A stretch of DNA of 64,000 nucleotides from Bacteroidota bacterium (lineage in GTDB: Bacteria; Bacteroidota; Bacteroidia; NS11-12g; UBA955). The stretch's first letter is position 1. Every line of letters begins with the position of its first letter. The stretch spans positions 160,200-224,199 of the forward strand of contig JAURFW010000001.1 in the NCBI GenBank assembly GCA_030834125.1, read 5' to 3'. The notes under the pieces were generated by a model. The model had not been told where the DNA came from and made no database searches. It was given only the letters and a program-made list of their open reading frames with translations. Below, one piece after another: positions 1-10,690 of this stretch. The position numbers and the translations under genes were made by a program.

Positions 1-552
1 TATTCAGAAGAATCTTTTAATGTTTATTGGCAAGATTTAATCTCAAGCTTGGGTCCTGAGCTTATTTCAACAGAAGGCCTATCTCCTATTGAAACACTTA
101 CTCAATATCTACTAATGAATAACTGGAAAATTTCTACTGCCGAAAGTTGCACTGGTGGATATATTGCCAATGAACTCGTAAAACAGCCTGGCATTTCTAA
201 AGTGTTTCCAGGTAGTTTGGTAACTTACAGTAATGAATCTAAAAATCACCTTTTAGGAGTTTCAAATGATTCATTAAATAAATATGGCGCAGTTAGCGAA
301 ATAGTAGCCACTGAGATGATCCAAGGGCTAAAAAATAGATTCAAAACAGAATGTTCAATTGTTACTACTGGAATAGCTGGTCCTAGCGGAGGTACTGAAA
401 ATAAATCCGTAGGTAGTATTTACATCGGCACTAGATTCAATGATAAGATTGAAATAAAATATTATAAATTGAGAGGAGACCGTAAAGAGTTCATGAAAAG
501 AGCACTTCAACATGCAATTTATCAATTGATAGAAATGTTCAGAAGAATCTAA
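1..552 (+). CDS. cinA: CinA-family protein, C-terminal (PncC-like NMN deamidase) domain; 5' end lies outside the window
   Basis: The reading frame is open from base 1 and continuous with ORF 49..552. The translation carries the CinA C-terminal signature 'TAESCTGGYIANELV ... VTTGIAGPSGG'. Confidence 0.8.
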   Translation, partial: YSEESFNVYWQDLISSLGPELISTEGLSPIETLTQYLLMNNWKISTAESCTGGYIANELVKQPGISKVFPGSLVTYSNESKNHLLGVSNDSLNKYGAVSEIVATEMIQGLKNRFKTECSIVTTGIAGPSGGTENKSVGSIYIGTRFNDKIEIKYYKLRGDRKEFMKRALQHAIYQLIEMFRRI

Positions 553-587
553 AATCAACCGACTTTTTGAATTAATTTTGAAGTCAG

Positions 588-2126
588 ATGTCTGAGAAAG
601 TTATCATTTTAGATTTTGGATCACAATACACTCAACTAATTGCCAGAAGATTAAGAGAATTAAACGTTTTTTGTGAAATTCAACCCTTCGACAAACCCAT
701 AGATTATAATGATGGAGTTAAAGGCGTTATTTTGAGTGGTAGTCCATGTTCTGTGAATGATGAAGATGCCCCGCAAATCAATACTAAAGAAATTTATTCG
801 AAAGTTCCGCTTTTAGGTGTTTGTTATGGTGCTCAATATTTGGCAAAATCTCATGGAGGAATTGTTGAAAAAAGTGAACATAGGGAATATGGTCGTGCTA
901 AAATGATACAAAATGGCAATCATAACGCCTTACTTGACGGACTAACATATGAAAGCCAAGTATGGATGAGCCATGGCGACAGTATCACTCAATTACCTGA
1001 AAATACAAAAATAATTGCAACCACGGATAGTATTCCCGTAGCGGCATTCGAGTTAACAGGTACTGAAAATCCTACTTATGGAATTCAATTTCACCCTGAA
1101 GTTTATCATAGTACTGAGGGATTAGAGCTACTTAAAAACTTTGTATATTCAGTTTGTGGATGTAAGGGTGATTGGACCCCTGGTCATTTTGTAGATGAAT
1201 CAGTTTTAGAACTTCAGAATGAAATTGGTGAACAAGACATCGTAATCTTAGGGCTTTCTGGCGGTGTAGACTCAACCGTTGCCAGTTTGTTACTCCATAA
1301 GGCCATTGGAAAAAGATTAGTTTGTATTTTTATTGATAATGGTCTTCTCAGAAAAAATGAATTCCACGAGGTATTAGAAAATTATAGACAGCTTAACTTG
1401 AATGTAATAGGTATTGATGCTTCTGAGGAATTTTATAATGCACTATCGGGAATTTCAGACCCAGAAGGAAAGCGAAAAGCAATAGGAAGAGTGTTTGTTG
1501 AAGTTTTTCAGAAAGAAGCGGCTAAAATAAAAGATGCGAAGTGGTTAGCTCAAGGAACTATTTATCCAGACATTATTGAAAGTGTAAGTGTTAAAGGTCC
1601 TTCAGCAACTATTAAAAGTCACCATAATGTTGGTGGATTACCAGAAAAAATGCATTTGAAAGTGGTTGAACCTTTAAAAATGTTATTCAAAGATGAGGTA
1701 AGACGAGTAGGAAAAGCATTAGGTTTATCAGATAGTTTCCTAAATAGACATCCTTTTCCTGGACCAGGATTGGGAATTAGAATTCTTGGAGACATCACTG
1801 CAGATAAAGTAAAATTATTGCAAGAAGCAGATGCCATATATATAGAGAAACTTAAATCTACTGGCTGGTACGATAAAATTTGGCAAGCCGGAGCAATTTT
1901 ATTGCCGGTTTACAGCGTCGGAGTCATGGGTGATGAAAGAACATATGAACAGGTTGTGGCATTACGTGCTGTGGGAAGTACCGATGGAATGACGGCTGAC
2001 TGGATTCATTTACCCTACGAAATGTTAGCAGATATATCAAATGCAATTATTAATCGTGTAAAAGGTATTAACAGAGTAGTATACGATATAAGTTCAAAAC
2101 CACCAGCAACAATTGAATGGGAATAA
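588..2126 (+). CDS. guaA: GMP synthase (glutamine-hydrolysing)
   Basis: The N-terminal class-I glutamine amidotransferase domain shows the 'LGVCYGAQ' active-site Cys. An ATP pyrophosphatase 'SGGVDSTV' P-loop follows, then a C-terminal dimerisation domain. Full-length size is 512 aa. Confidence 0.95.
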   Translation: MSEKVIILDFGSQYTQLIARRLRELNVFCEIQPFDKPIDYNDGVKGVILSGSPCSVNDEDAPQINTKEIYSKVPLLGVCYGAQYLAKSHGGIVEKSEHREYGRAKMIQNGNHNALLDGLTYESQVWMSHGDSITQLPENTKIIATTDSIPVAAFELTGTENPTYGIQFHPEVYHSTEGLELLKNFVYSVCGCKGDWTPGHFVDESVLELQNEIGEQDIVILGLSGGVDSTVASLLLHKAIGKRLVCIFIDNGLLRKNEFHEVLENYRQLNLNVIGIDASEEFYNALSGISDPEGKRKAIGRVFVEVFQKEAAKIKDAKWLAQGTIYPDIIESVSVKGPSATIKSHHNVGGLPEKMHLKVVEPLKMLFKDEVRRVGKALGLSDSFLNRHPFPGPGLGIRILGDITADKVKLLQEADAIYIEKLKSTGWYDKIWQAGAILLPVYSVGVMGDERTYEQVVALRAVGSTDGMTADWIHLPYEMLADISNAIINRVKGINRVVYDISSKPPATIEWE

Positions 2127-3235
2127 CTAAAAAATACAATCTTTATAGGAGCTTCATTATTTTATTTCTCTCGTTACTAATTTTAAATATTAACGGTCAA
2201 AGTGAAATTAAATCAAATAGCAATTACAGGATTGGTGTGTTTCTTCCGTTTTCAGCATCAACTGATGCCGAAGGGAATATTGATAAACAACAGCAATTAA
2301 TATCATATGCCATGATGGATTTCTATGGTGGCATTCAGCTTGCACTTGAAAACCTATCTAAACTTGGTTTTAGTGCTGATGTTTACACATGGAATTCTCA
2401 TGGGAAATCTACCACAGAACTAAACCAAATAATTGAATCGAATACCTTTAAATCTTTAGATATTCTTATTGGACCTATCGACGATAAAGTGGCCGTTGAG
2501 ATTAGTCAATCAAACCCAACTATTATACAAGTATCTCCTTTAAAATACCTAAAAAACAATTCTAATACCATTAACTTTTTTCAGAAAAAAGAGAATCGAT
2601 TTGAATCTGTTTTCGAAGGAGTAGTTAACAGGTTTTCAAACTACAAAATATGCATTATTTCTAATAATATAGCTAAAGCGCAAATCACTGTAAAAAATCT
2701 ATTAAAAGATGATAAGGATAGTAAAACTGTGAGTTATCATAGCTACAAAAATGGATCTATAAAACCAAATATTCCTTCTGGTGATGATATTATCATGGTG
2801 ATTGATGGAATTTCCCAAACTCAAAAATTGAGTCTAACTAAAAGAATTAATAGAAAGACCAACAGTTATATAATTGCAGATCATACTTGGTTTGACAATT
2901 TCCTATCTACGGAGGAAGTTGATGAGTCATTAATAATTTACCCCACAATAAATTATATTTTCGGATTAGATTCAAGCACGCAAGAATTTTCTAATCAATA
3001 CTTAGATAGTTTCCATGCAGAACCTAGCAGATTTGGTTATCAAGGTTATGATCAAATGTGGTTTATTGGAAATGCATTGTTAACATTTGGGATTGATTTT
3101 ATGGAGTTTTTGCCAAAAGCTGAATTTTCAGGAACAATAAATAACATTGCTCTTAAAAAAAGCGAATATGGTATGATAAATAAAGGAATTAGGTTTATTT
3201 ACCGAAAAGAATCAGAATTAATTTGTTGGGATTAA
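2117..3235 (+). CDS. secreted hypothetical protein, possibly a periplasmic ligand-binding (type-I PBP fold) family member
   Basis: An N-terminal signal peptide is present ([27 protein letters not shown]). The alternating alpha/beta pattern 'RIGVFLPFS...' resembles Leu/Ile/Val-binding-protein folds. I did not recognise a diagnostic motif. Confidence 0.35.
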   Translation: MGITKKYNLYRSFIILFLSLLILNINGQSEIKSNSNYRIGVFLPFSASTDAEGNIDKQQQLISYAMMDFYGGIQLALENLSKLGFSADVYTWNSHGKSTTELNQIIESNTFKSLDILIGPIDDKVAVEISQSNPTIIQVSPLKYLKNNSNTINFFQKKENRFESVFEGVVNRFSNYKICIISNNIAKAQITVKNLLKDDKDSKTVSYHSYKNGSIKPNIPSGDDIIMVIDGISQTQKLSLTKRINRKTNSYIIADHTWFDNFLSTEEVDESLIIYPTINYIFGLDSSTQEFSNQYLDSFHAEPSRFGYQGYDQMWFIGNALLTFGIDFMEFLPKAEFSGTINNIALKKSEYGMINKGIRFIYRKESELICWD

Positions 3236-4288
3236 GTGAGCATAATTCACCGTCGGATACAGATTGCCCTTTCATTTATTAAAGAATATCCCGGAGATAT
3301 CCCCTTTTCTATATACATAAAAAAAATTTTTAAACAAAATAAAAATTGGGGATCAAAGGACCGCAAATTTTACCGAGAAATATCGTATTTATATTGGAAG
3401 ACAGCACATCAAATAGATGATTTGAATGACTCAAATACAATTGATTTTTTGATTAACAAATTGGAAGATCCCGAGGAATTAAAAACATCTCCCTATGAAA
3501 AATTCAATTTAGAATTATCTGCCGGAATTGATAATACGATTTTAAAAGAGTGGTTTCTGCCACAAGCTCCAACTTTTCTATATCATTTAAATTCTATTGG
3601 TGAAATAAAAAATGGAGAACGAACTGATATAGATAATTGTATTGCTTTTAAGGCAGATACAAACTTGGAAACGTATATTGAAAGTGGAGCTGGAATAATA
3701 CAAGATTGGTCGAGTACGGCAAGTATTAAGTTTTTATTGGAAAAAATGCAACCCAATTCAATTTGGGAAACATGCGCAGGTGCAGGTGGTAAGAGTATTT
3801 TATTAAGCTATTTACTGAATAATAAAAAACACATAGCCTCGGATATTAGAAAAAGTATTATAAATAATTTAAAAAACAGATTTGCCCTATTAGATATACC
3901 TCATCCAGAAACTCAAATCATTGATTTATCAAAAGCTGATTCTATATCTAAAATACCTGCTACCGAAATTGTTATTGCCGATATGCCTTGTTCTGGAAGC
4001 GGCACATGGAGAAGAACTCCTGAAAGGCTTAGCTTCTCTAACAAAAGTGAAATATTGAATTACTCAGTTCGCCAATTAAGATATTTACAAAACATTGCAA
4101 ATAATCACAGTCATTCGTTCATTTATTATATGACATGTTCAATATTTCGCGCTGAAAACGAAGATGTAGTAGATAAATTCTTAAACACAAACTCTAATTA
4201 TTCAGTGGAGTGGCAAAATCATTTTCATACTTCCCATTTTGGAGGAAGTGATTTTATATATGGATGTTTAATAAAACGAGTAGATTAA
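3236..4288 (+). CDS. RNA m5C methyltransferase, RsmB/RsmF (NOL1/NOP2/Sun) family
   Basis: The SAM-binding motif 'ETCAGAGGKS' and the catalytic motifs 'DMPCSGSGTWRR' and 'YMTCSIF' (the two family cysteines) are present. The start codon is GTG. Confidence 0.7.
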   Translation: MSIIHRRIQIALSFIKEYPGDIPFSIYIKKIFKQNKNWGSKDRKFYREISYLYWKTAHQIDDLNDSNTIDFLINKLEDPEELKTSPYEKFNLELSAGIDNTILKEWFLPQAPTFLYHLNSIGEIKNGERTDIDNCIAFKADTNLETYIESGAGIIQDWSSTASIKFLLEKMQPNSIWETCAGAGGKSILLSYLLNNKKHIASDIRKSIINNLKNRFALLDIPHPETQIIDLSKADSISKIPATEIVIADMPCSGSGTWRRTPERLSFSNKSEILNYSVRQLRYLQNIANNHSHSFIYYMTCSIFRAENEDVVDKFLNTNSNYSVEWQNHFHTSHFGGSDFIYGCLIKRVD

Positions 4289-5271
4289 TAAGCCCATTTG
4301 AGGTATAGTGCACCCCAAGTAAAACCTCCACCAAAAGTGCTAAAAATTAAATTATCACCTTTCTTGAACTGAGATTCGAAATCATACAAACACAAAGGAA
4401 GAGTGGCTGCAGTTGTATTTCCGTATTTTTGGATATTGATTAAAACTTTTGATTTATCCAATCCCATTCTATCTGCAGTTGCATCAATAATTCTTAAGTT
4501 TGCCTGATGCGGAACTAGCCAATTGACTTCATCACCAGTAAGCCCATTACGTTGCATTACTTCATAACTTACATCAGCCATGTTTGTTACGGCAAATTTG
4601 AAAACGGTCTTACCTTCTTGATGAACATAATGTAATCTATCATCTATTGATTGGTGTGATGGTGGAATCATAGATCCTCCTGCAGGCTGTTTAAGAAACT
4701 CTTTACCGCTTCCGTCAGATCGCAAAATAGAATCAATAACCCCATTTCCTTCATAGTTAGGCTCTAATAACACTGCACCCGCTCCGTCACCAAAAATAAT
4801 ACAAGTGTTTCTATCCTCGTAATTAACGATAGCACTCATTTTATCAGCACCTACCACAAGAACTTTTTTATATTTTCCTGATTCAATCATTTTAGCACCT
4901 GTTTCAAGTGCATACAAAAAACCGGAACAAGCGGCAGCAATATCAAAACTCCAAGAATTAACTGCTCCGATTTTATCAGCAATAACATTTGCAGTAGCAG
5001 GGAAAATATAATCACCAGTAACTGTAGCACAAATAATTAAATCAATTTCTGCTGGATCGATATTTTTTTTCTCGAGCATTGGCAAGATTGCCCTAGCTGC
5101 AAGATCAGAAGTGGCTTTCCCTTCTTCTTTTAATATTCTTCTTTCTATGATACCAGTTCGTGATCGAATCCACTCGTCATTGGTATCCACCATAGTTTCA
5201 AGTTCCTTATTTGTTAAAATATATTCTGGAACGTAACCGCCGACTGCGGTTATTGCTGCATTAAAACTCAT
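4285..5271 (-). CDS. fabH: 3-oxoacyl-ACP synthase III
   Basis: The N-terminus 'ITAVGGYVPE...' and the active-site 'AAACSGF' are present, along with the C-terminal 'GGGFTWGA'. Size is 328 aa. Confidence 0.9.
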   Translation of the reverse strand: MSFNAAITAVGGYVPEYILTNKELETMVDTNDEWIRSRTGIIERRILKEEGKATSDLAARAILPMLEKKNIDPAEIDLIICATVTGDYIFPATANVIADKIGAVNSWSFDIAAACSGFLYALETGAKMIESGKYKKVLVVGADKMSAIVNYEDRNTCIIFGDGAGAVLLEPNYEGNGVIDSILRSDGSGKEFLKQPAGGSMIPPSHQSIDDRLHYVHQEGKTVFKFAVTNMADVSYEVMQRNGLTGDEVNWLVPHQANLRIIDATADRMGLDKSKVLINIQKYGNTTAATLPLCLYDFESQFKKGDNLIFSTFGGGFTWGALYLKWAY

Positions 5272-5273
5272 TC

Positions 5274-6239
5274 TTAGTTTTCAGATGATTGTTGAGCAAG
5301 CAATTTAGTAAAAGCTTCGTTAACATGCTCACAAAAATTTGATTCAACTGAATTAATACACAATTCAGCCATTTTAATAAATGTACTAGCCTTAGATATA
5401 CCGTGACCAACAACGACAGGAGCATTTACACCTAAAATTAGGCCGCCGCCATGATCATTGAAATTCAACTGATTCAAAAAAGGATCATCAACCCCATTCT
5501 TGGTTAAATGGTAATAAAAACCTTCTATTATTTTTACAATTACGTTCCCGGTAAATCCGTCACAAACTAAAACATCTACGCCATCCTTAAAAACATCTCT
5601 ACCTTCAACATTACCTGCAAAATTAATTTGACCCGTATTTCGAAGGATTTGATTACTTGCTTTAGAAAGAATACTACCCTTTTCATCCTCTTCACCTATA
5701 TTAACGAGTCCAACTTTAGGATCGTCGATTTTTTGTATATATTTAGCATAGATAGACCCAAGAATGGCAAATTGTTGTATATGCTCAGGCTTATTATCGG
5801 CATTAGCACCCACATCAAGTATTATACCACTTTTAAAGCTAGGCTTTGGTACACTGGCTAAAAGTGCAGGTCGCTCAACACCTTTCGCTGTTTTAAGAAT
5901 TTGAATTGAACCAACTAACATAGCTCCAGTATTCCCCGCACTGAAAAACGCTTGTGTTTTCTTTTCAGCAAGGTCTACAAAACCTCTAAATATGGAAGAG
6001 TCTTTTTTACCAGCTATTGCTTTAACTGGATGCTCACCCATTTTAATAACTTCAGAACAATGTACTATTTCGAGACCTGAAATATCAAGATTATGCTCGT
6101 TTGCAACTTGTTTTATAACTGCTTCATCGCCGTATAGAACAAAGTTGACATCAACGAAACGATCACGGCAAAGTGTCGCCCCTTTAATTGCTTCAAGTGG
6201 AGCATAATCTCCACCCATTGCGTCAACTCCAATTCTCAT
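5274..6239 (-). CDS. plsX: phosphate acyltransferase PlsX
   Basis: 'MRIGVDAMGGDYAP' is the PlsX N-terminal signature. The gene sits in the conserved yceD-rpmF-plsX-fabH arrangement. Confidence 0.9.
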   Translation of the reverse strand: MRIGVDAMGGDYAPLEAIKGATLCRDRFVDVNFVLYGDEAVIKQVANEHNLDISGLEIVHCSEVIKMGEHPVKAIAGKKDSSIFRGFVDLAEKKTQAFFSAGNTGAMLVGSIQILKTAKGVERPALLASVPKPSFKSGIILDVGANADNKPEHIQQFAILGSIYAKYIQKIDDPKVGLVNIGEEDEKGSILSKASNQILRNTGQINFAGNVEGRDVFKDGVDVLVCDGFTGNVIVKIIEGFYYHLTKNGVDDPFLNQLNFNDHGGGLILGVNAPVVVGHGISKASTFIKMAELCINSVESNFCEHVNEAFTKLLAQQSSEN

Positions 6240-6251
6240 TGTCGCTAAGAG

Positions 6252-6434
6252 TTAATCGTTACGACCCTTCATAACCTTTACACCGCGGTACATACCTGTT
6301 TCAAGGTTAACACGATGGTAAAGGGAAACGTCACCAGTAACTGGATCAGCAATCATAGGACGAGCTGTGTGTTTGTCATGTGTACGACGCTTATCTCTAC
6401 GTGTTTTGGAAATTTTTCTCTTTGGATGTGCCAT
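6252..6434 (-). CDS. rpmF: 50S ribosomal protein L32
   Basis: '[17 protein letters not shown]' at the N-terminus of a 60-aa product. Confidence 0.9.
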   Translation of the reverse strand: MAHPKRKISKTRRDKRRTHDKHTARPMIADPVTGDVSLYHRVNLETGMYRGVKVMKGRND

Positions 6435-6445
6435 TTTTTCCTATT

Positions 6446-6991
6446 TTATTTTTTATCTATTAATTTCTTTAACGCATCCCATCTGGGATCTGTTCCTTTT
6501 TCTCTTTCGTTTTTTGAAACTCCTTTTAATTTTTCTAACATGGTTGAATCGCAAGATTTATTATTCTCTAATTCACAGTTAACAACCATAGGTATTTGAG
6601 TTAAAAATGATTCATAAACATATTGCGCTACATTTATTTTAAACTCATTAGAGGCTAAATAAACTACATCTAAATCTAATGGGTTATTATCATTTTTATT
6701 GAAATTTTCTTGATTCAAATGATAAATACATTTATGATTAGGTTTAACATTAAAACTTACATCATTTAAACAACGCACGCATTGCATATTAAGCATTCCA
6801 TCACCATGGATATTCAAGAGCAACATACTTTCCTGCCTATCTAGGAGAACTTGCACTTTAACATCTGAACTCAATACATCAGAATTATTAAAATTTTCAA
6901 AGAACGTTTTATCGATATGATATTCCAAGGAGTGTTTTGCTATTTTCAGCTTGACAAACTCAATATCAAATTCACTCAAAATAAATGACAT
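6446..6991 (-). CDS. yceD: YceD/DUF177 family protein (large-subunit rRNA accumulation protein)
   Basis: The gene is the upstream partner of rpmF. A 'CVRCL' Cys motif is present. I trimmed the ORF-track start (7048) to the internal Met 'MSFILSEFDIEF'. That start leaves room for a TAtcTTTG promoter element and the gldN terminator. Confidence 0.6.
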   Translation of the reverse strand: MSFILSEFDIEFVKLKIAKHSLEYHIDKTFFENFNNSDVLSSDVKVQVLLDRQESMLLLNIHGDGMLNMQCVRCLNDVSFNVKPNHKCIYHLNQENFNKNDNNPLDLDVVYLASNEFKINVAQYVYESFLTQIPMVVNCELENNKSCDSTMLEKLKGVSKNEREKGTDPRWDALKKLIDKK

Positions 6992-7050
6992 AACGATAAA
7001 TGAACGGCAAAGATACAAAATGTTCCTTTCATTTTTGCAAATACCCATAA

Positions 7051-7078
7051 AAAAAGGCGACTATATAGCCGCCTTTTT
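7051..7078 (-). terminator. rho-independent terminator downstream of gldN (near-palindrome, usable on both strands)
   Basis: 'aaaaaggcgactat|atagccgccttttt' is a 14-bp inverted repeat with one mismatch. It is flanked by A and T runs. Confidence 0.55.
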
Positions 7079-7095
7079 GTTATTTATAAATTTAC

Positions 7096-8193
7096 TTAAT
7101 ATTCGAATAAATCATGTTCGAATATAAAAAGATCATTTTTTATTCTTTCACCCTCTAGCTTAGCCGCAATTTTATCAAATTTAGTTTCTGGCCTCTCATG
7201 AATATATTGATTATATACATTCGATTCTTTTACAATATAACTATCAAATCTTCGATCAATATTTATATGTCTATCCCAGTTAGATTTCTGCGCATCATTA
7301 TATCTATTAAATACCTCTGACTGTGCAAGCGTCGGTCTTAAATCAGCCATTTTTACCCAATAAAGACCATCATGCCAACTTACAAGATCTCTGTAGGTCG
7401 GATTTTTGGACTGATCAGCACCTGTAACATTTAACATTATGGGAGCAATTCCAATAATAATAGGTTCAAATGATCCATGTTTATAATCGAAAATCCAATC
7501 TTCCATAATTTCAAACATCAATATATCTTCAAATGTGTAAAACCCTGGAATTTTCATATCCTTGTAGTTTGCTGGGTCATCAGGATCTAAATGTGAAGCC
7601 TTTAATAGGGAAGTATCTTTTAAGTACTTACATCGTCTTTGAACGTCTTCCGGTGACATATAGCCTTGAACGCCAAATTCAAAAGAATCAGTAAAATAGG
7701 TAGGTACTACACCTTCCAAAGCTAACTCATGAATAATTTTTGTAATTGGAGCCCCTGGCCACCTCCAAACAAGATTTTCCTTATGGTTTAAATCTAGCCG
7801 GCGCCAAATTCTTTTTCGAAATTTTATATCTGATTCTACTAAATATGGTCTCGTTATAAGATTTAAACGACCATTTGAAATTGCATCTAATGTGTCCTTG
7901 TTTACAAATTGGGGTTCGACATATCGTTTTGGATCACCATTTTTTGAACCATCAGGAGCATAAGATGGTTTCCAATCTTTATACCTATCCTTAAGCACTG
8001 AATCAACAGAAATTTCCTTTGGACCATCATCTCCTGATGAAAAATCGGAGGTCAATCCACCATCGTCTCCATTAGAAGAATTATCATTAAAATCACCGAA
8101 GTTATCATCTCCCGCATCATCCATTTCAAAATCTTGAGCAAACAAGCTCAGTGATGAAAAGAAAATTAAACAAAAAACAAACTTTAATTTCAT
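7096..8193 (-). CDS. gldN: gliding motility / T9SS protein GldN (PorN family)
   Basis: This is the last gene of the gldKLMN order. It has a signal peptide, and 'RIWRRLDLNHKENLVWRWPG' is GldN-like. An acidic D/G/S-rich insert follows the signal peptide. Confidence 0.85.
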   Translation of the reverse strand: MKLKFVFCLIFFSSLSLFAQDFEMDDAGDDNFGDFNDNSSNGDDGGLTSDFSSGDDGPKEISVDSVLKDRYKDWKPSYAPDGSKNGDPKRYVEPQFVNKDTLDAISNGRLNLITRPYLVESDIKFRKRIWRRLDLNHKENLVWRWPGAPITKIIHELALEGVVPTYFTDSFEFGVQGYMSPEDVQRRCKYLKDTSLLKASHLDPDDPANYKDMKIPGFYTFEDILMFEIMEDWIFDYKHGSFEPIIIGIAPIMLNVTGADQSKNPTYRDLVSWHDGLYWVKMADLRPTLAQSEVFNRYNDAQKSNWDRHINIDRRFDSYIVKESNVYNQYIHERPETKFDKIAAKLEGERIKNDLFIFEHDLFEY

Positions 8194-8201
8194 ATTTAAA
8201 T

Positions 8202-9959
8202 TTATTTAATTGAACAATTAACATTATCCAGATACACCATTCCAAGAGGACCTTTGGCCTTGATATCATAGAATATAATTTGATCTTTTCTACGTGCCTT
8301 GCTCAAAATATTTTTTACACTTCCAGAAACATTTGGACCCTGACCTTCACCGGTCATTTTACCACCACCACGTCTCAATTCCACTCCATAACTAATTATT
8401 TCGAATTTAACACCTTCAAATGCAAAACCGTCTAAATACGCAGTTAATCTGTTTATACCTGCTACCTTACTAGCATCCAAACTCCCAGACCAGTTAGAAA
8501 TGGAACCCGCTGTCAATCTTGGTTTAGGAACCTGTTTAATTCTAAATAATTGTTTACCCATAGATTTAATACCTCCATCAATCTTAGCAGCAACATTAAC
8601 TGTCACAACTTGCGATTGGTATGAATTATTCAATTCTATAGCATACTTTCCACCAGAACCTGTTAACCTAATTCCCGAAGAACTGGGAGAGATTGAAACT
8701 ATGACATTTTTGGGATCCACACCACCAACGGAAACACTAATATCGTTTTTTAAACCTACGTAAAGCACATTCATATTTGTAGCGGCTATAGTAGCTTGAG
8801 GAGCAAAAGCAGTAAACTCCGCTTCGGCCGTCTTAATATCAGTTCCACCGCCCGGTTTTGGAATTTCAATTTTAACATTCATTTTGTTACTACCTGGTGA
8901 TTGCGGCGTAACCTTATATTTTCCTCTACCGGCTTCTACAGGAATCTCGCGCTCGTTAACGAATACTTTCATATTTGCTTTTGAGTTGTATGCAGCTAAG
9001 ATTATATCTGCTTCGTAAGTTTGACCAGTAACAACCGCTCCAGTTTTAGCTGAAACCACCGGTAAAATAGCATCGAACTTATAGTCTGCAGCAGAAACTG
9101 CCTCCCCTAGCGTTTGACACACTTCTGACTCCAATAATTTAGCATCATTTTCAATCTTAGATAACATTGCAAATACTGCGGCCAAAGGTGTTGAGTGCAT
9201 ATAAACCTCTGCCCATGCCATTTCTTTACCTTCAGAATCTTTAATTTTTCCAGACTTGGTGCTAAATGGATCATCCACTTTCCCCGCTTGAAGTGCCGTT
9301 TTTTGCGCCAATTCTTTCATCTTTCCAGATAAGAAAGTTTTTGTTTGTGCATTCTTGGTTAAAGATGTATCCTTCAAAGCCTCTGAAATAACAGCGAGCA
9401 TATCTACGCGCGCTTTGTTAATCATCAGCTCAAGGTCTTTACCTCTTTTTCCTTGTAATTCTTCGTTAAAATAACGTACATGATCATCAAGATTGTCACC
9501 TGCTTGCAATGGCGGCATTTCTCCAGCTTTATTTAAAGCCCAAGGAAATTTTTTGAAAATTTCAAAATCTTTCTTTTCTGCCTCATCTTCAGGTATTTTT
9601 AATGCATCAACTGGATCAATTCCATTATCCTTTGGATCTTGTGCACCCTGAACATAACGCATTAAATCTGTTTTGATATCATGAAGTTTATTAACGAACT
9701 CACCAGCAATATTACGGGTATCTTCAGAGTGCTTTAAAGCAGCCGCAGCAGCTTGATTTTCCCCTGATATTTTTTGCAACTGCGTTAACATTTGACCAGT
9801 TTTTGTGTCAATGTTAGCAGTTGATTTTATCAATGAATTATCGATAACCGTAAATGCTAATAAGATTTCTTTTGTCACATTCATCGCCAAAAGTGCCGTC
9901 AACACGAGATACATCATGTTGATCATCTTCTGACGTGGTGAAACTTTTCCTCCTGCCAT
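8202..9959 (-). CDS. gldM: gliding motility / T9SS protein GldM (PorM family)
   Basis: N-terminus 'MAGGKVSPRQKMINMMYLVLTALLAMN' is the GldM/PorM signature with a single TM helix. Confidence 0.9.
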   Translation of the reverse strand: MAGGKVSPRQKMINMMYLVLTALLAMNVTKEILLAFTVIDNSLIKSTANIDTKTGQMLTQLQKISGENQAAAAALKHSEDTRNIAGEFVNKLHDIKTDLMRYVQGAQDPKDNGIDPVDALKIPEDEAEKKDFEIFKKFPWALNKAGEMPPLQAGDNLDDHVRYFNEELQGKRGKDLELMINKARVDMLAVISEALKDTSLTKNAQTKTFLSGKMKELAQKTALQAGKVDDPFSTKSGKIKDSEGKEMAWAEVYMHSTPLAAVFAMLSKIENDAKLLESEVCQTLGEAVSAADYKFDAILPVVSAKTGAVVTGQTYEADIILAAYNSKANMKVFVNEREIPVEAGRGKYKVTPQSPGSNKMNVKIEIPKPGGGTDIKTAEAEFTAFAPQATIAATNMNVLYVGLKNDISVSVGGVDPKNVIVSISPSSSGIRLTGSGGKYAIELNNSYQSQVVTVNVAAKIDGGIKSMGKQLFRIKQVPKPRLTAGSISNWSGSLDASKVAGINRLTAYLDGFAFEGVKFEIISYGVELRRGGGKMTGEGQGPNVSGSVKNILSKARRKDQIIFYDIKAKGPLGMVYLDNVNCSIK

Positions 9960-9989
9960 TTTATGAAATCTTTATTCTTTAATTAACGA

Positions 9990-10634
9990 TTATTTACCCA
10001 TTGCGCTTAACATGTTACCATAAATGGTATTCAAGTTAGCCAAATTACTATTTAACGTTTCTATTTCCTCTTTGAACTGTGCAGTCGCAGATTCTGTTGC
10101 AGTGATATTATTCAATACACCGCTTAAACTGCTGGAGAAAGTTCCTAAAGAGTCAGATACCACAGAAGAGCTTTCAGATATAGAATTCATATTTGAAGCA
10201 GCTTTTGAAGCACTTTCTGCATATTCGTTTGTTGCAACAGCAGCACTAGACATTGAAGCCATATCTTTTACATTAGTTGATAGCGACTGCAGTCCACTGC
10301 CTAAACTTTCAATTAACTCCGGACCTACTTTAGCTTGAGTTAACATCGAATCTAATTGTTGAGATACACTTCCACCTTTTTTGCGATCAGTTGGCTCACC
10401 ACCCGCTAATTCTGGATATACTAATGACCAATCTGGTTCTGAATGAACTGGTTCAAATGCAGAAATAGTAAAGATCCCTGCCTCTGTCAATAATCCAACA
10501 GACAACATAATGTTTGCACCTGGTAGGTGAAGAATTTTAAAAAGTGCTCCTACAATTACTACGGCTGCACCAACACCATAAATAAAATTCATGGTTTTCT
10601 TCCACTTCTTTGATTCAAAAAAACTTTTGCTCAT
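9990..10634 (-). CDS. gldL: gliding motility / T9SS protein GldL (PorL family)
   Basis: The product is 214 aa with two N-terminal TM helices: 'MNFIYGVGAAVVIVGALFKILHLPGANIMLSVGLL'. Confidence 0.9.
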   Translation of the reverse strand: MSKSFFESKKWKKTMNFIYGVGAAVVIVGALFKILHLPGANIMLSVGLLTEAGIFTISAFEPVHSEPDWSLVYPELAGGEPTDRKKGGSVSQQLDSMLTQAKVGPELIESLGSGLQSLSTNVKDMASMSSAAVATNEYAESASKAASNMNSISESSSVVSDSLGTFSSSLSGVLNNITATESATAQFKEEIETLNSNLANLNTIYGNMLSAMGK

Positions 10635-10690
10635 GTTAATTAGTTTAGTTTGTTTTTGTTATTTGGTTTTGTTTATTGTTTTGTTGTTAA

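Noticed and set aside
10024-10338. 104-aa plus-strand ORF antisense to gldL, along with similar antisense ORFs (e.g. 8500..8763, 5628..5861, 22956..23159, 59147..62704 set)
   Set aside because: All lie fully inside strongly supported genes on the opposite strand and show no recognisable motifs. They are expected by chance.
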